From: Bacteriovoracaceae bacterium | GTDB taxonomy: Bacteria; Bdellovibrionota; Bacteriovoracia; Bacteriovoracales; Bacteriovoracaceae | NCBI GenBank assembly: GCA_007116425.1 | Contig: SKIL01000055.1 | Span: 1-31,561 of the forward strand | Direction of reading: 5' to 3' | Length of the DNA: 31,561 nt | Shown here: piece after piece, positions 1 to 9,759 of the stretch | Position numbering within the stretch: position 1 is the stretch's first letter | Layout: every line of letters starts with the position of its first letter | Notes under the pieces: generated by a model | What the model saw: only the letters and a program-made list of their open reading frames with translations | Told to the model about the DNA's origin: nothing | The model's database searches: none | Translations under genes and position numbers: made by a program

Positions 1-1139
1 AAAAGCTCATCCATCAGGCTATCTAAAACTAAATAACCTTTAGGGAGGGCCCTGACGGAAGATGATTTTGGATCAATTTCAACTAGACCGCGAAGTTTCC
101 ATTGGTCGGCCAAGGCCATAAAGTCTTCACATTGTTGAGGATCCTTAAAAAATTCAACCGGAGTAATCCCTAAAAATGTGCGCATCTGCATATAGAAACT
201 TTCCAGTCTAACTTGCTCTGCAGTTAGCGGCTCTAAGTCAGGTTCAAAGTCACTCTCCTTGGCCTTGGACTGATCTCTCAAGAGCGCCTTCCACTTGTAT
301 CGAGTTTTTGAGTTGGCAAGATATCCTGTTGCCGACGGGCCAAGAGCGGCAACAGTCTCACCCTTCCAGTATTTTAAATTGTGAGAACTCTCTAGCCCGG
401 GAAGTGCAAAATTTGAGACTTCATAATGATTATAGCCGCGCTCTCGTAAGTACTCACTAACAAATAAGAACTCTTCTTCAATCCACTCTTCATCGGGAAG
501 TTCATCGTAGTGAACATAATGTGTTGGAACAGTCAGAATATAGAGACTTATATGTTTCGGATGATGTTTGAGGATCGTCTCCAACTCGCGCTCAATATTT
601 CTTCCAAGCTTTTTGGAAAAAGGGAGTCCTAGCATAAAATCAACCGAGTAATTGACCTGAAGCTCTTTAAATTTTTTTAATGTCTCGTAAACATCATCGA
701 TATTATGAACTCGATCAATAATTTTCAAAAACCTTTCATCAAGAGATTGAATCCCAAGTGAATATCGATTAACTCCTGCACGGTTCCACGCTCTTAGGCC
801 TTGATCGGTCCAACTCCCAGGGTTCACTTCAAGTGTAAATTCAACCTCCTTATCCAGTTCAATCTTTTTTCGCTTAAAAAAAGAGCTGAGGAACTCGGCC
901 CCACGCTCTCCCCACAAAGAAGGTGTTCCCCCACCAATATAGAGTGTCTCCAAAGGTGCCCAAGAGGCATTGGCCTGGGCCAATTCGCGCTGGTGGATAT
1001 CCCAAGTCTTTTCAAGATAAGTGTGGAAGAGTTCAAGTTCGCTCAAGTTGGAATCTTTACGCTTATAAAAATCGCAATAATTGCAAAGATGGCGACAAAA
1101 CGGGAAATGAATATAAAGTGATTTAATCGATTCGACCAT
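1..1139 (-). CDS. hemW: Radical SAM heme chaperone HemW (HemN-like); 3' end just outside the window
   Basis: Not in the ORF track. Manual translation from ATG at 1139 gives MVESIKSLYIHFPFCRHLCNYCDF (CxxxCxxC), LYIGGGTPS, HYEVSNFALPGLESSHNLKYW and C-terminal KGYLVLDSLMDEL at the window edge. About 379 codons; AGGA Shine-Dalgarno upstream. Confidence 0.9.
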   Translation of the reverse strand, partial: MVESIKSLYIHFPFCRHLCNYCDFYKRKDSNLSELELFHTYLEKTWDIHQRELAQANASWAPLETLYIGGGTPSLWGERGAEFLSSFFKRKKIELDKEVEFTLEVNPGSWTDQGLRAWNRAGVNRYSLGIQSLDERFLKIIDRVHNIDDVYETLKKFKELQVNYSVDFMLGLPFSKKLGRNIERELETILKHHPKHISLYILTVPTHYVHYDELPDEEWIEEEFLFVSEYLRERGYNHYEVSNFALPGLESSHNLKYWKGETVAALGPSATGYLANSKTRYKWKALLRDQSKAKESDFEPDLEPLTAEQVRLESFYMQMRTFLGITPVEFFKDPQQCEDFMALADQWKLRGLVEIDPKSSSVRALPKGYLVLDSLMDEL

Positions 1140-1251
1140 ATTCCTACTTTTAGCTATTTTTTTATTTGGATAACATAGTTTGCTCTACTTGTCGTTTTCT
1201 TGTGCTTTTGTCACACTGTTTTAATTGCAATTTTTTTATTCTGAGGATTCT

Positions 1252-3822
1252 ATGATTCACGAACAAATAAGACTCTCCAATGGTCTCGATACGCTTTTTA
1301 TTAACTGCCCAGGACACACAGCAGCAAGCGTACAGGTCTGGTTTCGTGCTGGCAGTGCACTAGAGGAGAAAAAAGATCATGGCATTGCTCATTTTCTTGA
1401 GCATATGTTTTTTCGTGGAACCGACAAAAGACCGGGGGCCCAAATTGCTCACGATGTAGAGTCCTACGGTGGTGAAATTAATGCTTTCACTTCATTTGAT
1501 TATACTTGCTACTATATTAACTCGCCCGCCTCAAAGCTAGAGACAACGATTGAGATTTTACTCGACATGGTATCAAACCCTCGCTTTCTTGAAGAAGATA
1601 TTGTTCCTGAGCGTGGAGTGGTCTTTGAGGAATACCGCCGCTCGCTGGATAGCCCTGGCCAATACAGCTTTCATCGCTTGCAGCAACAAAGTTTTTCCGG
1701 AAACTATGGCCATCCGATTCTTGGCAATGAAAAGACCATCAAAAACTTTTCTCAGCAACAATTAATCGACTTCCGTAAAAAACATTATAATCTCAATAAC
1801 GCTCTTTTGGTTGTTGCTGGAGATATGAGCAATCGAAAAAAAATCGAAGAAATCATCTCTCAATTTAAGCTTCCGAGTGGGCCGGTTTCAAAACTTCCCA
1901 AATTAAATATTAAGAAAACGCCCACCATCGACGTCTTTACTAAAGATGTTCGCATGGCCCAACTCACAATAGTTTTGCAAGCTTCAGACTTTGTGCAACC
2001 CAATGCTACGTCAGAAGATTTAGCAATGAATTGCTTAGGGCATGGAGAGACTTCAAGGCTTCATCAAGCTCTCGTCATCGAAGGACAAATCGCGAATGGT
2101 TGTTCCGCTTCGACATTGTTTATGAATCGCGGAGGGGCCCACCTTATCAGACTTTCATTTCCCGTCAAAAATACAAAAAAGGTTTTAGACAAATTCACAA
2201 AAACAATTAGTGAAATTATCAAAACGGGAATGACAAAAGACGAAGTTAAAAAAATCAAACAACAGTATATTGCCTCTAAGGTTTATGACTTAGAATCCGT
2301 CGAGGCCCGAGCATTCTCATTAGGCCATGGATTTGCACAAAATAATGACGTCAATGCTGAAGATGAGTTCATCTCACGAATGAAGCATGTCACGACGAGC
2401 GAAGTAAATTCGGCCCTGGAAGAAATCTTTTCACGCACCTCTCACCTTAATCTCCAACTCCCAAAAGGTGAAGACGTTAAAAAGTTCAAACAACAACTCG
2501 AGGGGTTTCATAAGAAGCTTACGAATCTAACTCAAAGTAAGACTGCCTCTGCTGCTCAAAAATACAATGCTCTAAAAGTTGAAACAAGCAAATACGACAA
2601 GCAAGTTAAATTGATTGAGTTTAAAAAAGGTATCAAGCTACTTTATCGAAAAAATCCCATGGCCCCAACTTTTGTTCTTCACTCCTATATGAAGGGAGGA
2701 CTTAGCGAAGAGAGCTCCAGCAATAATGGAATCTATCACCTACTATGTGCTCTTTTAACCAAAGGACATAAGAAGCTAAAATATGAGAAGCTTCAGTCTA
2801 TCCTTGAGGAGCGCTCCGCTAGTTTCTCAGGCTTTTCAGGCAAAAACGCTTATGGACTGACCATGCACGGGCAAAGTGAGAACTTTGGGGAGCTGTCAGA
2901 AATTTTTCTTCAGAGTTTTATCTCACCGGCGCTGCCTGCAAAATTTCTCAAACATGAAAAAGAAATGACTTTAAGGTCATTAGAAAATATCAAAGAGGAT
3001 CCTATTAGAAATTGTTTCCAAACTGCATCATCTTACTTTTTTAATAAGCATCCGTATTCGCGCCCAGTGCTTGGAAGCGAAAAGAATGTAAGGAGTATCT
3101 CACGCAAAGCGATTGAAGAGCTTCATCTAAAAAACCTTAAGAATAAAGAAATTCTTCTTACTTATTGTGGTGACTTAGAGTTAGAAGAAGTTATTGATAC
3201 ACTCAGACCTCATCTTGATACGCTCAAAACTCGTAACTCAAAAAATACAAAGTTTCACAAATACACTCCAAAGCAAACCGATCATACTCATCTCAGCTTT
3301 GATCGCGAGCAAACGCATATTTTTATCGGCATTCCATGTGGACCACTCACTCACAAGGATAATCTTTATCTCAAAATGCTGACGTCTCACCTTTCTGGAC
3401 AATCTTCTGAACTCTTTGTCGATGTAAGAGATAAGAAAGGACTTTGCTATTCGGCCCAACCTGTACACATGATGGCCCTTGAGTGTGGCTACTGGGGTAT
3501 CTATATGGGAAGTGGGCACGATAAAGTCGAACCTGCAAAGGCCGCAATCTTTGATATTATTGAAAAAATTAAAAAGAATGGTCTGAGTAAAAGTGAATTT
3601 AATCGCATTAAAGATATGATTGAAGGTCAGAGTTTAATCAACGTTCAAACCAATGAAGATTACGCCAGTGTTTACTCCGTTCCGGCCCTACACGGCCAAG
3701 GGTTAGATTTTTATCATCAATCAAATAAAAATATTCGCGAACTCAAACATGAAGAATTTCAAAAAGAAATAAAAAAGATCTTAGGCCGTAAATGGAGTAC
3801 GATCACAGTTGGGAGAGATTAA
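1252..3822 (+). CDS. M16 family zinc metallopeptidase, single-chain four-domain (pitrilysin/insulinase-like), probably cytoplasmic
   Basis: Inverted zinc motif HFLEH, NAFTSFDYT, ERGVVFEE. Second half repeats the fold without the motif (GIYHLLCALL). R-Y motif VRDKKGLCYS near the C-terminus. Start moved from 1225 to ATG 1252, which follows GAGGA. No signal peptide seen. Confidence 0.9.
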   Translation: MIHEQIRLSNGLDTLFINCPGHTAASVQVWFRAGSALEEKKDHGIAHFLEHMFFRGTDKRPGAQIAHDVESYGGEINAFTSFDYTCYYINSPASKLETTIEILLDMVSNPRFLEEDIVPERGVVFEEYRRSLDSPGQYSFHRLQQQSFSGNYGHPILGNEKTIKNFSQQQLIDFRKKHYNLNNALLVVAGDMSNRKKIEEIISQFKLPSGPVSKLPKLNIKKTPTIDVFTKDVRMAQLTIVLQASDFVQPNATSEDLAMNCLGHGETSRLHQALVIEGQIANGCSASTLFMNRGGAHLIRLSFPVKNTKKVLDKFTKTISEIIKTGMTKDEVKKIKQQYIASKVYDLESVEARAFSLGHGFAQNNDVNAEDEFISRMKHVTTSEVNSALEEIFSRTSHLNLQLPKGEDVKKFKQQLEGFHKKLTNLTQSKTASAAQKYNALKVETSKYDKQVKLIEFKKGIKLLYRKNPMAPTFVLHSYMKGGLSEESSSNNGIYHLLCALLTKGHKKLKYEKLQSILEERSASFSGFSGKNAYGLTMHGQSENFGELSEIFLQSFISPALPAKFLKHEKEMTLRSLENIKEDPIRNCFQTASSYFFNKHPYSRPVLGSEKNVRSISRKAIEELHLKNLKNKEILLTYCGDLELEEVIDTLRPHLDTLKTRNSKNTKFHKYTPKQTDHTHLSFDREQTHIFIGIPCGPLTHKDNLYLKMLTSHLSGQSSELFVDVRDKKGLCYSAQPVHMMALECGYWGIYMGSGHDKVEPAKAAIFDIIEKIKKNGLSKSEFNRIKDMIEGQSLINVQTNEDYASVYSVPALHGQGLDFYHQSNKNIRELKHEEFQKEIKKILGRKWSTITVGRD

Positions 3823-3833
3823 CTCGAGTTTTT

Positions 3834-4412
3834 TTAAGATGCTTTTATCTTTGAACTGTTTGCAACAAATAAAATATAAGACTCAACACCTGCATCCTCA
3901 GAGTGCGCCAAATTATTTCTGGCCACAATATTCATAAGCTCGGCCACTCCAGAAAACTTTGTCGAAAGTTTTTTGAAAAACGAGGGAACTTCGTAGGCCT
4001 CAGGGACAATGTGATTAAGTCGTTGATAAGCAATTTGTCCAATTTCTTGGTAATAACTAATATCAATAATTTTTCTATTCATCGAATCTGAAAAATAACC
4101 GCAAAGAAAGAGGGCCGTATCACCTACATCTTTGAGCATATTCCTTTGAGTCGTTCGCGTTTCGTTTGAAGCCTCTAAAAGTTTAACTCCGAGGGTTTTC
4201 TCTCTGACTTTTCCCTCATCGGTGAGCTCAAAGTATTTTCCCGACTCACCAAAATGATCCATGACCAGTGATGAATAATAGATGGCCTCATGTGGTAATG
4301 GAGAGGCGCATTTTTGATTAATCTCCAGTAATTGGTCATAAAAAAATGATTGAAGTGAAGTTTCAAGAACAATCTCAGATTTTGAGGTATTAGGATCTGA
4401 CTTAAAAGTCAT
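3834..4412 (-). CDS. Hypothetical protein, 192 aa, function unknown
   Basis: Clean ORF with a strong AAGGAGG Shine-Dalgarno and a perfect extended -10 upstream. The segment LKDVGDTALFLCGYFSDSMNRKIIDISYYQEIGQIAY looks like a conserved helical family core that I cannot name. Confidence 0.8.
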   Translation of the reverse strand: MTFKSDPNTSKSEIVLETSLQSFFYDQLLEINQKCASPLPHEAIYYSSLVMDHFGESGKYFELTDEGKVREKTLGVKLLEASNETRTTQRNMLKDVGDTALFLCGYFSDSMNRKIIDISYYQEIGQIAYQRLNHIVPEAYEVPSFFKKLSTKFSGVAELMNIVARNNLAHSEDAGVESYILFVANSSKIKAS

Positions 4413-4465
4413 TTAACCTCCTTAGGTCAATAAAAACAGAGCGGAGATCTGCACTCCACCCTATC

Positions 4466-4474
4466 ATTATAGCA
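4466..4474 (-). promoter_or_regulatory. Extended -10 promoter (TGcTATAAT) for the 192-aa hypothetical gene
   Basis: Minus strand reads TGCTATAAT, a perfect TGn-TATAAT, about 55 nt upstream of the ATG at 4412. No good -35. Confidence 0.6.
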
Positions 4475-4546
4475 TTACTTAAGCTTTCGCAGAAAAGCAG
4501 GCAGGTTTTACCTTCTACGGCCTACTAAATCCCTTTATTTATAGGA

Positions 4547-4555
4547 TGTTAGAAT
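4547..4555 (+). promoter_or_regulatory. Putative extended -10 promoter (TGtTAGAAT) for the mutase-meaB operon
   Basis: TGn followed by TAGAAT (5/6 match), about 95 nt upstream of ATG 4650. No recognisable -35. Confidence 0.45.
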
Positions 4556-4649
4556 ATTCACAACACCACGTCCTAAACGTAGATGTTTTGTTTATTATTT
4601 GATAAATGAGAGCTACACATAAAATATTGATTTAGAGAAAGGAATCAGA

Positions 4650-6806
4650 ATGTCTGAATATCGTCCTAAAAAAGTCACAAAAAAAGAGTGGGAAGAGCTC
4701 GCGGTTAAAGAGCTCAAGGGAAAACACCCTAAGGAAAAGGGTGAAAGCTCTGCAGAGAGAATTAAACTCAAACCACTTTACACTCAAGAGGATACTCAAG
4801 GCCTAAACTTCAACGATACGATGCCTGGATTTGAACCATATATTCGTGGACCTCGCGCAACGATGTACACTGGAAGACCTTGGACGATTAGACAATATGC
4901 TGGTTTTTCAACTGCTGAAGAGTCCAACGCTTTTTATCGCAAGGCCTTGGCCGCCGGGGGGCAAGGTGTCTCCGTCGCGTTTGATCTCGCAACTCACCGT
5001 GGTTATGACAGTGATCACCCACGCGTTTTGGGTGATGTGGGTAAGGCCGGTGTGGCAATCGACAGTGTTGAAGATATGAAAATTCTCTTTAACGAAATTC
5101 CGTTGGATAAAGTTTCAGTTTCAATGACCATGAATGGGGCCGTTCTTCCTATTTTGGCCAATTATATCGTTGCCGCTGAAGAGCAAGGGGTTAGCCCAAA
5201 CAAATTATCCGGCACGATTCAAAATGATATTCTCAAAGAATTCATGGTGAGAAATACATATATTTATCCACCTCATCCGTCGATGCGAATCATCTCAGAC
5301 ATTTTTGCTTATACCGCTGATCATATGCCGAAGTTTAATTCGATTTCAATCTCTGGCTATCATATGCAAGAGGCCGGTGCGGATACGGCCTTAGAGCTCG
5401 CCTACACTTTGGCCGATGGAAAAGAGTATGTTGAAGCGGCGATTAAGTCGGGACTTAAAATCGATCAGTTCGCTCCAAGACTCTCCTTCTTTTTTGCGAT
5501 TGGAATGAATTTTTATCAAGAAGTTGCCAAGCTGAGGGCCGCAAGATTTTTATGGGCAAAAATTATTGATCAATACAATCCAACTAATCCCAAATCAAAA
5601 ATGTTGCGCACGCATTGCCAAACTTCAGGCTGGTCGCTAACAGAACAAGATCCTTATAATAATATTGTAAGAACGGCAATTGAAGCAATGGCCGCAGTTT
5701 TTGGTGGAACTCAATCACTTCATACCAATTCTTTTGATGAGGCCATTGCTCTTCCGACGGAGTTCTCTGCCAGAATCGCTCGCAATACTCAACTTATCTT
5801 ACAAGAGGAAACCGGAATTACAGACGTGATTGATCCTTGGGGTGGTTCCTACCTTATGGAATCTCTCACACAGGAGATGGTTGATAAGGCCTGGGATATA
5901 ATTTTAGAGATTGAAAAGATGGGTGGAATGGCAGCAGCTATTGAAAAGGGAATCCCAAAATTAGAAATTGAACGGGCATCGGCAAAAAAGCAGGCGCGAA
6001 TTGATCGCGGTGAAGATGTCATTGTTGGAGTGAATAAGTATAAGACTGAAACAGAAGATAATGTCGATGTCTTAGAAATTGATAATCACAGCGTTCTAAA
6101 TAAACAAAAAGAGCGGCTTCAAAAAATTCGATCCGAGCGAGATGAGAAGGCCGTAGAAAAAGCACTCGAAGCCTTAACTCATTACGCGCAAACAGGTGAA
6201 GGTAATGGCCTTGATCTTAGCGTTAAGGCCGCTAGGTTACGAGCAACGGTTGGAGAGATTTCTTATGCCCTTGAAAAAGAGTGGGGACGCTTTAAATCTC
6301 AAACCCAAACTGTTTCTGGAGTCTACGGCAAGTCTTATGATGATTCTCAAGACCAAGGTTGGAATATGATCAAAAAAGATATTGAAAGTTTTGAAGAGAA
6401 GCACGGAAGAAGACCTCGAATGCTCGTGGCAAAAATGGGCCAAGACGGTCACGACCGTGGGGCCAAAGTAATTGCCACGGCCTTTGCAGATGTTGGGTTT
6501 GATATTGATTTAGCGCCACTTTTTTCGACACCAGAGGAAGTTGCGAGACAGGCCATTGAAAACGATGTTCACGTTGTGGGCGTCTCTTCTCAGGCCGCCG
6601 GACATAAAACATTAATTCCGGCACTCATTGAAGAATTAAAGAAACAAGGTGCTCCAGAGATTATCGTCATTGCAGGTGGAGTTATTCCAAAGCAAGACTA
6701 TGACTTTTTGTATAAGCAAGGCGTAAAAGGTATTTTTGGCCCAGGCACGGCCATCCCACATGCGGCCAAAGAAGTCTTGGCCTCAATCAATGAGAGTTTA
6801 AGCTGA
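4650..6806 (+). CDS. scpA: Methylmalonyl-CoA mutase, adenosylcobalamin-dependent, with fused C-terminal B12-binding domain
   Basis: WTIRQYAGF (Tyr specificity residue, not the Phe of isobutyryl-CoA mutase), [32 protein letters not shown], and B12-binding GQDGHDRG. 718 aa; AAAGGA Shine-Dalgarno. Confidence 0.96.
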   Translation: MSEYRPKKVTKKEWEELAVKELKGKHPKEKGESSAERIKLKPLYTQEDTQGLNFNDTMPGFEPYIRGPRATMYTGRPWTIRQYAGFSTAEESNAFYRKALAAGGQGVSVAFDLATHRGYDSDHPRVLGDVGKAGVAIDSVEDMKILFNEIPLDKVSVSMTMNGAVLPILANYIVAAEEQGVSPNKLSGTIQNDILKEFMVRNTYIYPPHPSMRIISDIFAYTADHMPKFNSISISGYHMQEAGADTALELAYTLADGKEYVEAAIKSGLKIDQFAPRLSFFFAIGMNFYQEVAKLRAARFLWAKIIDQYNPTNPKSKMLRTHCQTSGWSLTEQDPYNNIVRTAIEAMAAVFGGTQSLHTNSFDEAIALPTEFSARIARNTQLILQEETGITDVIDPWGGSYLMESLTQEMVDKAWDIILEIEKMGGMAAAIEKGIPKLEIERASAKKQARIDRGEDVIVGVNKYKTETEDNVDVLEIDNHSVLNKQKERLQKIRSERDEKAVEKALEALTHYAQTGEGNGLDLSVKAARLRATVGEISYALEKEWGRFKSQTQTVSGVYGKSYDDSQDQGWNMIKKDIESFEEKHGRRPRMLVAKMGQDGHDRGAKVIATAFADVGFDIDLAPLFSTPEEVARQAIENDVHVVGVSSQAAGHKTLIPALIEELKKQGAPEIIVIAGGVIPKQDYDFLYKQGVKGIFGPGTAIPHAAKEVLASINESLS

Positions 6807-7798
6807 TGGCAAAATCGAAAGCAAAAAATTTGCCCATCGACGTCGATAAACTTTTAAGTGGTGATCGCAGGTCTTTATCTAAGGCCATCACGCTGGTTGA
6901 AAGTAAAAAGCTTGAACATCGAAAGCTTGCTCAAGAACTTATTGAAGAAATTCTTCCACACACTGGAAATGCCAAGCGAATCGGAATTACGGGAACTCCA
7001 GGAGTTGGTAAGTCTACCTTTATTGAGTCTTTCGGACTTTATTTGATTCGCGAACACAAACATAAAGTTGCCGTTCTTACGATTGATCCAAGCTCTCCCG
7101 TAAGTGGTGGAAGCATCTTAGGTGATAAAACTCGAATGGAGGAGCTCTCCCAAAATATGAGCTCCTTTATCCGCCCCTCTCCTTCATCTGGAGCACTAGG
7201 AGGAGTGGCGCTTAAAACCCGCGAGTCGATGCTTTTATGTGAAGCCGCTGGGTACGACACCATTATTGTAGAAACTGTTGGCGTTGGACAAAGTGAATAT
7301 GAAGTGGCCGACATGGTCGACTTCTTTTTGCTTCTAGTTCTTCCCGGTGGTGGCGATGATATTCAAGGAATTAAGAAAGGTATTCTTGAATTATCAGACC
7401 TTATTTTGATTAATAAGGCCGACGGCGCAAGTAAAACAATTGCCGACCAAACTTTGGCCCATTACCACAGTGCACTTGAGCTATTCAATCACAAGAAAGA
7501 TGAGTGGGTTCCAAGAGTTTTGGCGTGTTCGGCCTTAGAGAATACCGGGATTGATGGCGCGTGGAAGGTTATCAATGACTTCTATGAGCAAAGCTCTCAA
7601 TCCGGAAAAATAAACGATAAAAGGGCAACGCAAAATCAAAAGTGGATGAATAAGGTTTTGTGGCAAATGATTGAGCAAAAACTCAAAGAAAACCCAGAGG
7701 TTTTAAACTCTTGGGAGAGCTATAAGAAGGCAGTGGGCAAGGGCTCAAAAAGCCCTTACTTAGCTGCCTTGGAAATCGTAAACCGAATCTTTAAATAG
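6806..7798 (+). CDS. meaB: Methylmalonyl-CoA mutase-associated GTPase MeaB (ArgK family)
   Basis: Walker A GITGTPGVGKST, DPSSPVSGGSILGDKTRM, IVETVGVGQSE, NKAD. ATG overlaps the mutase stop (TGATG). Confidence 0.95.
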   Translation: MAKSKAKNLPIDVDKLLSGDRRSLSKAITLVESKKLEHRKLAQELIEEILPHTGNAKRIGITGTPGVGKSTFIESFGLYLIREHKHKVAVLTIDPSSPVSGGSILGDKTRMEELSQNMSSFIRPSPSSGALGGVALKTRESMLLCEAAGYDTIIVETVGVGQSEYEVADMVDFFLLLVLPGGGDDIQGIKKGILELSDLILINKADGASKTIADQTLAHYHSALELFNHKKDEWVPRVLACSALENTGIDGAWKVINDFYEQSSQSGKINDKRATQNQKWMNKVLWQMIEQKLKENPEVLNSWESYKKAVGKGSKSPYLAALEIVNRIFK

Positions 7799-7799
7799 A

Positions 7800-8789
7800 C
7801 TAATCAGCTTTGAAAAATTTCAAAAACTCTGAGTCTGAAGATAGGATCATCTTTGATTGTGACCCAATTGACTTGCGATAAGCTTCCATTGATCTTAAAA
7901 AATTAAAAAACTCTGGGTCACGACTCATCGCCTCAGCATAGATTCTTGCGGCCTCAGCTTCACCTCCACCACGAATCTCTTGAGAACGGCGATAAGCTTC
8001 AGACTGAATTCGTCTCAAATCTCTTTCACGTCGCCCATCAATTCTCGCTCTTTCTGCTTGTCCCATCGAACGAATTTTCTCAGCAATACGCTCTCTTTCA
8101 GAAATCATCCGTTGGTAAACATTGCGCTCAACAGACTCTTCGTAAGCAATACGTCTTAATTGCACATCGACAAGCTCGATACCGAATTCTGTTAATGAGT
8201 CAGAAGCTGCTTCGACGATCATCGCACTTAACTCTTCTCGCCCGACTTCAACGCGCTCAATATCACCCGTTGTATCTTCTATGACCTCATACTCAATCAC
8301 TATGTCATCCTCTAGATCACCTCTTTCGGCCTGCCTTCTTCTTCTCTCTACCAGATCTACAATGTCGTTTGAGAGACGAACCGCCTCAACAAGATTGTGA
8401 TTTGAAATAACGTCTCGAGTGGCAGAGTCGAGAATGGCGTCTAGACGGGCCTTGGCCGCACGCTCACTCTCAACGGTTTGGATAAATCGAAGAGCATCAA
8501 CGATTTTCCAACGCGCTGTCGTATCAACTTGGATATATTTTTTATCTTTTGTTGGTACTTGGTTTGGATGTCCATCCCAAGATAAAATACGCTTATCAAC
8601 AAAGCGAGCATCTTGAACAAATGGGATTTTCATATGCAGGCCAGCTTCAGTGACCGGCTCTCCAACCGGCTTACCAAACTGAGTAATGATCGCCTGACGT
8701 CCCTCTCCTACGATGAAAAAAGTATTTCCACCGACAAGGACAACTGCAAGAAAAAGAACAGGTAGTATAACTTGTTTAATATTATCCAT
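7800..8789 (-). CDS. hflC: FtsH protease modulator HflC (SPFH domain)
   Basis: N-terminal transmembrane helix, TQFGKPV..EAGLHMKIPF, DKRIL, RMISERERIA, DPEFFNFLRSMEAY, SSDSEF. Immediately follows hflK. Confidence 0.92.
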   Translation of the reverse strand: MDNIKQVILPVLFLAVVLVGGNTFFIVGEGRQAIITQFGKPVGEPVTEAGLHMKIPFVQDARFVDKRILSWDGHPNQVPTKDKKYIQVDTTARWKIVDALRFIQTVESERAAKARLDAILDSATRDVISNHNLVEAVRLSNDIVDLVERRRRQAERGDLEDDIVIEYEVIEDTTGDIERVEVGREELSAMIVEAASDSLTEFGIELVDVQLRRIAYEESVERNVYQRMISERERIAEKIRSMGQAERARIDGRRERDLRRIQSEAYRRSQEIRGGGEAEAARIYAEAMSRDPEFFNFLRSMEAYRKSIGSQSKMILSSDSEFLKFFKAD

Positions 8790-8791
8790 GA

Positions 8792-9754
8792 CTAGTTTGC
8801 TCCTTTATTTTGAAAAATAGGAAGAAGCCCTTCAATTTTTGAATCAACAATAGTGAGGTTTTCAAATCGCTCAAAGATTTCTTCCATTGTTTCAAGATAG
8901 AGACGTCTTCTCGTGATTTGTGGAGCTCGTGCGTACTCACGATGAAGTGCGATAAATTGAGCAGCATCCCCTTTCGCGCGGTTCACAATCGCCTCTGCAT
9001 AACCTTCTGCCTGAGAAATGGTTTGCTCGGCCTCACCTCGAGCGAGTGGAACAACTTGGTTATACTCTCTCTCGGCCTGGTTAATAGTGCGCTCTTGTTC
9101 TTGTCTAGCAGAGTTAACATCATTAAATGATGGTCTGACAATCTCTGGTGGATTCACATCCTGCAACCTAACCGTAACGACATAAACGCCAATATCGTAA
9201 TAGTCTAAAATTTCCTGCAAAACATCTTTGGCCTGATTGGCAATTTCAACCCTTCCAATTGTGAGAACATCGTTAACCAGCCGATCCCCAACAACTCTTC
9301 TCATGGCCGACTCAGAAATATCGCGAATATTTGTCTCTGGCTCAGCTGCATGGAAAAGGAATTTGAATGGGTCAGCAATTTGGTACTGAACAACCCATTC
9401 AACTTCGGCAACGTTTAAGTCACCTGTAAGCATTAAGGACTCATCCTTAAATCTTCTGGCCGAATGCTGACGGCTTCCAGGAATACCAGAGCTTCTAAAG
9501 CCAAATTCTAATTGGTGAACCTTTCGAGTCTTCACTTTTTGAATTTGGTCGATCCCAAGAGGGATTTTGAAGTGGAGCCCAGGAGGATTTGTTTGGACAT
9601 ATTTTCCAAACCTCAGAACCACCGCCTCTTCGTCAGGCTGTACCGTGTAGAAAGATGTCGCCACAAACAAAAGGAGAAAAAGTCCCCCAAGTGCCGCGGG
9701 AACATACTTTTTCATTTTGTCCCAGTCATTTTGAAATTTTTCGAATTCGTTCAT
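8792..9754 (-). CDS. hflK: FtsH protease modulator HflK (SPFH domain)
   Basis: Transmembrane helix, VVLRFGKY..PGLHFKIP, MLTGDLN, RLQDVNPP, FNDVNSARQE, ARGEA, RLYLETME. Confidence 0.93.
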   Translation of the reverse strand: MNEFEKFQNDWDKMKKYVPAALGGLFLLLFVATSFYTVQPDEEAVVLRFGKYVQTNPPGLHFKIPLGIDQIQKVKTRKVHQLEFGFRSSGIPGSRQHSARRFKDESLMLTGDLNVAEVEWVVQYQIADPFKFLFHAAEPETNIRDISESAMRRVVGDRLVNDVLTIGRVEIANQAKDVLQEILDYYDIGVYVVTVRLQDVNPPEIVRPSFNDVNSARQEQERTINQAEREYNQVVPLARGEAEQTISQAEGYAEAIVNRAKGDAAQFIALHREYARAPQITRRRLYLETMEEIFERFENLTIVDSKIEGLLPIFQNKGAN

Positions 9755-9759
9755 AGCTT

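Noticed and set aside
801-1126. ORF-track entries 801..1121 (+), 824..1036 (-) and 923..1126 (+)
   Set aside because: Shadow frames of hemW, whose true minus-strand frame (ATG 1139) was missed because it runs off the window edge. hemW is window-truncated, not a pseudogene.
1166-1184. TTGG...TTGCT resembling a sigma54 -24/-12 promoter before the M16 gene
   Set aside because: GG (1168-1169) and GC (1182-1183) are 12 nt apart; sigma54 requires 10.
3821-3830. AACTCGAGTT palindrome between the convergent M16 and hypothetical genes
   Set aside because: No loop or GC stem long enough for a credible terminator.
4546-4602. 18-codon upstream ORF (MLEYSQHHVLNVDVLFII) before the mutase
   Set aside because: Its ATG overlaps the putative extended -10 and the AGG is flush with the start; no attenuator structure. 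Probably chance.
4413-4649. Cobalamin riboswitch upstream of the mutase
   Set aside because: No recognisable B12-box or conserved GGGAA/GCCACTG elements; the region is AT-rich and holds two divergent promoter candidates.
4650-7798. Isobutyryl-CoA mutase, IcmF fusion or frameshift-linked mutase-MeaB fusion
   Set aside because: The RQYAGF Tyr indicates methylmalonyl-CoA specificity. The TGATG overlap is ordinary translational coupling with no slippery sequence.
7946-8284. Antisense ORFs of 60-112 aa over hflC, and many similar ones across the window (9512..9811, 13005..13319, 20562..20888 and others)
   Set aside because: All overlap confidently assigned genes and show no recognisable motifs or Shine-Dalgarno support; expected by chance.
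8240-8370. Charged insertion in HflC (ERRRRQAERGDLEDDIVIEYEVIED)
   Set aside because: HflC proteins commonly carry a variable insertion at this position, so it is not a distinct novelty.
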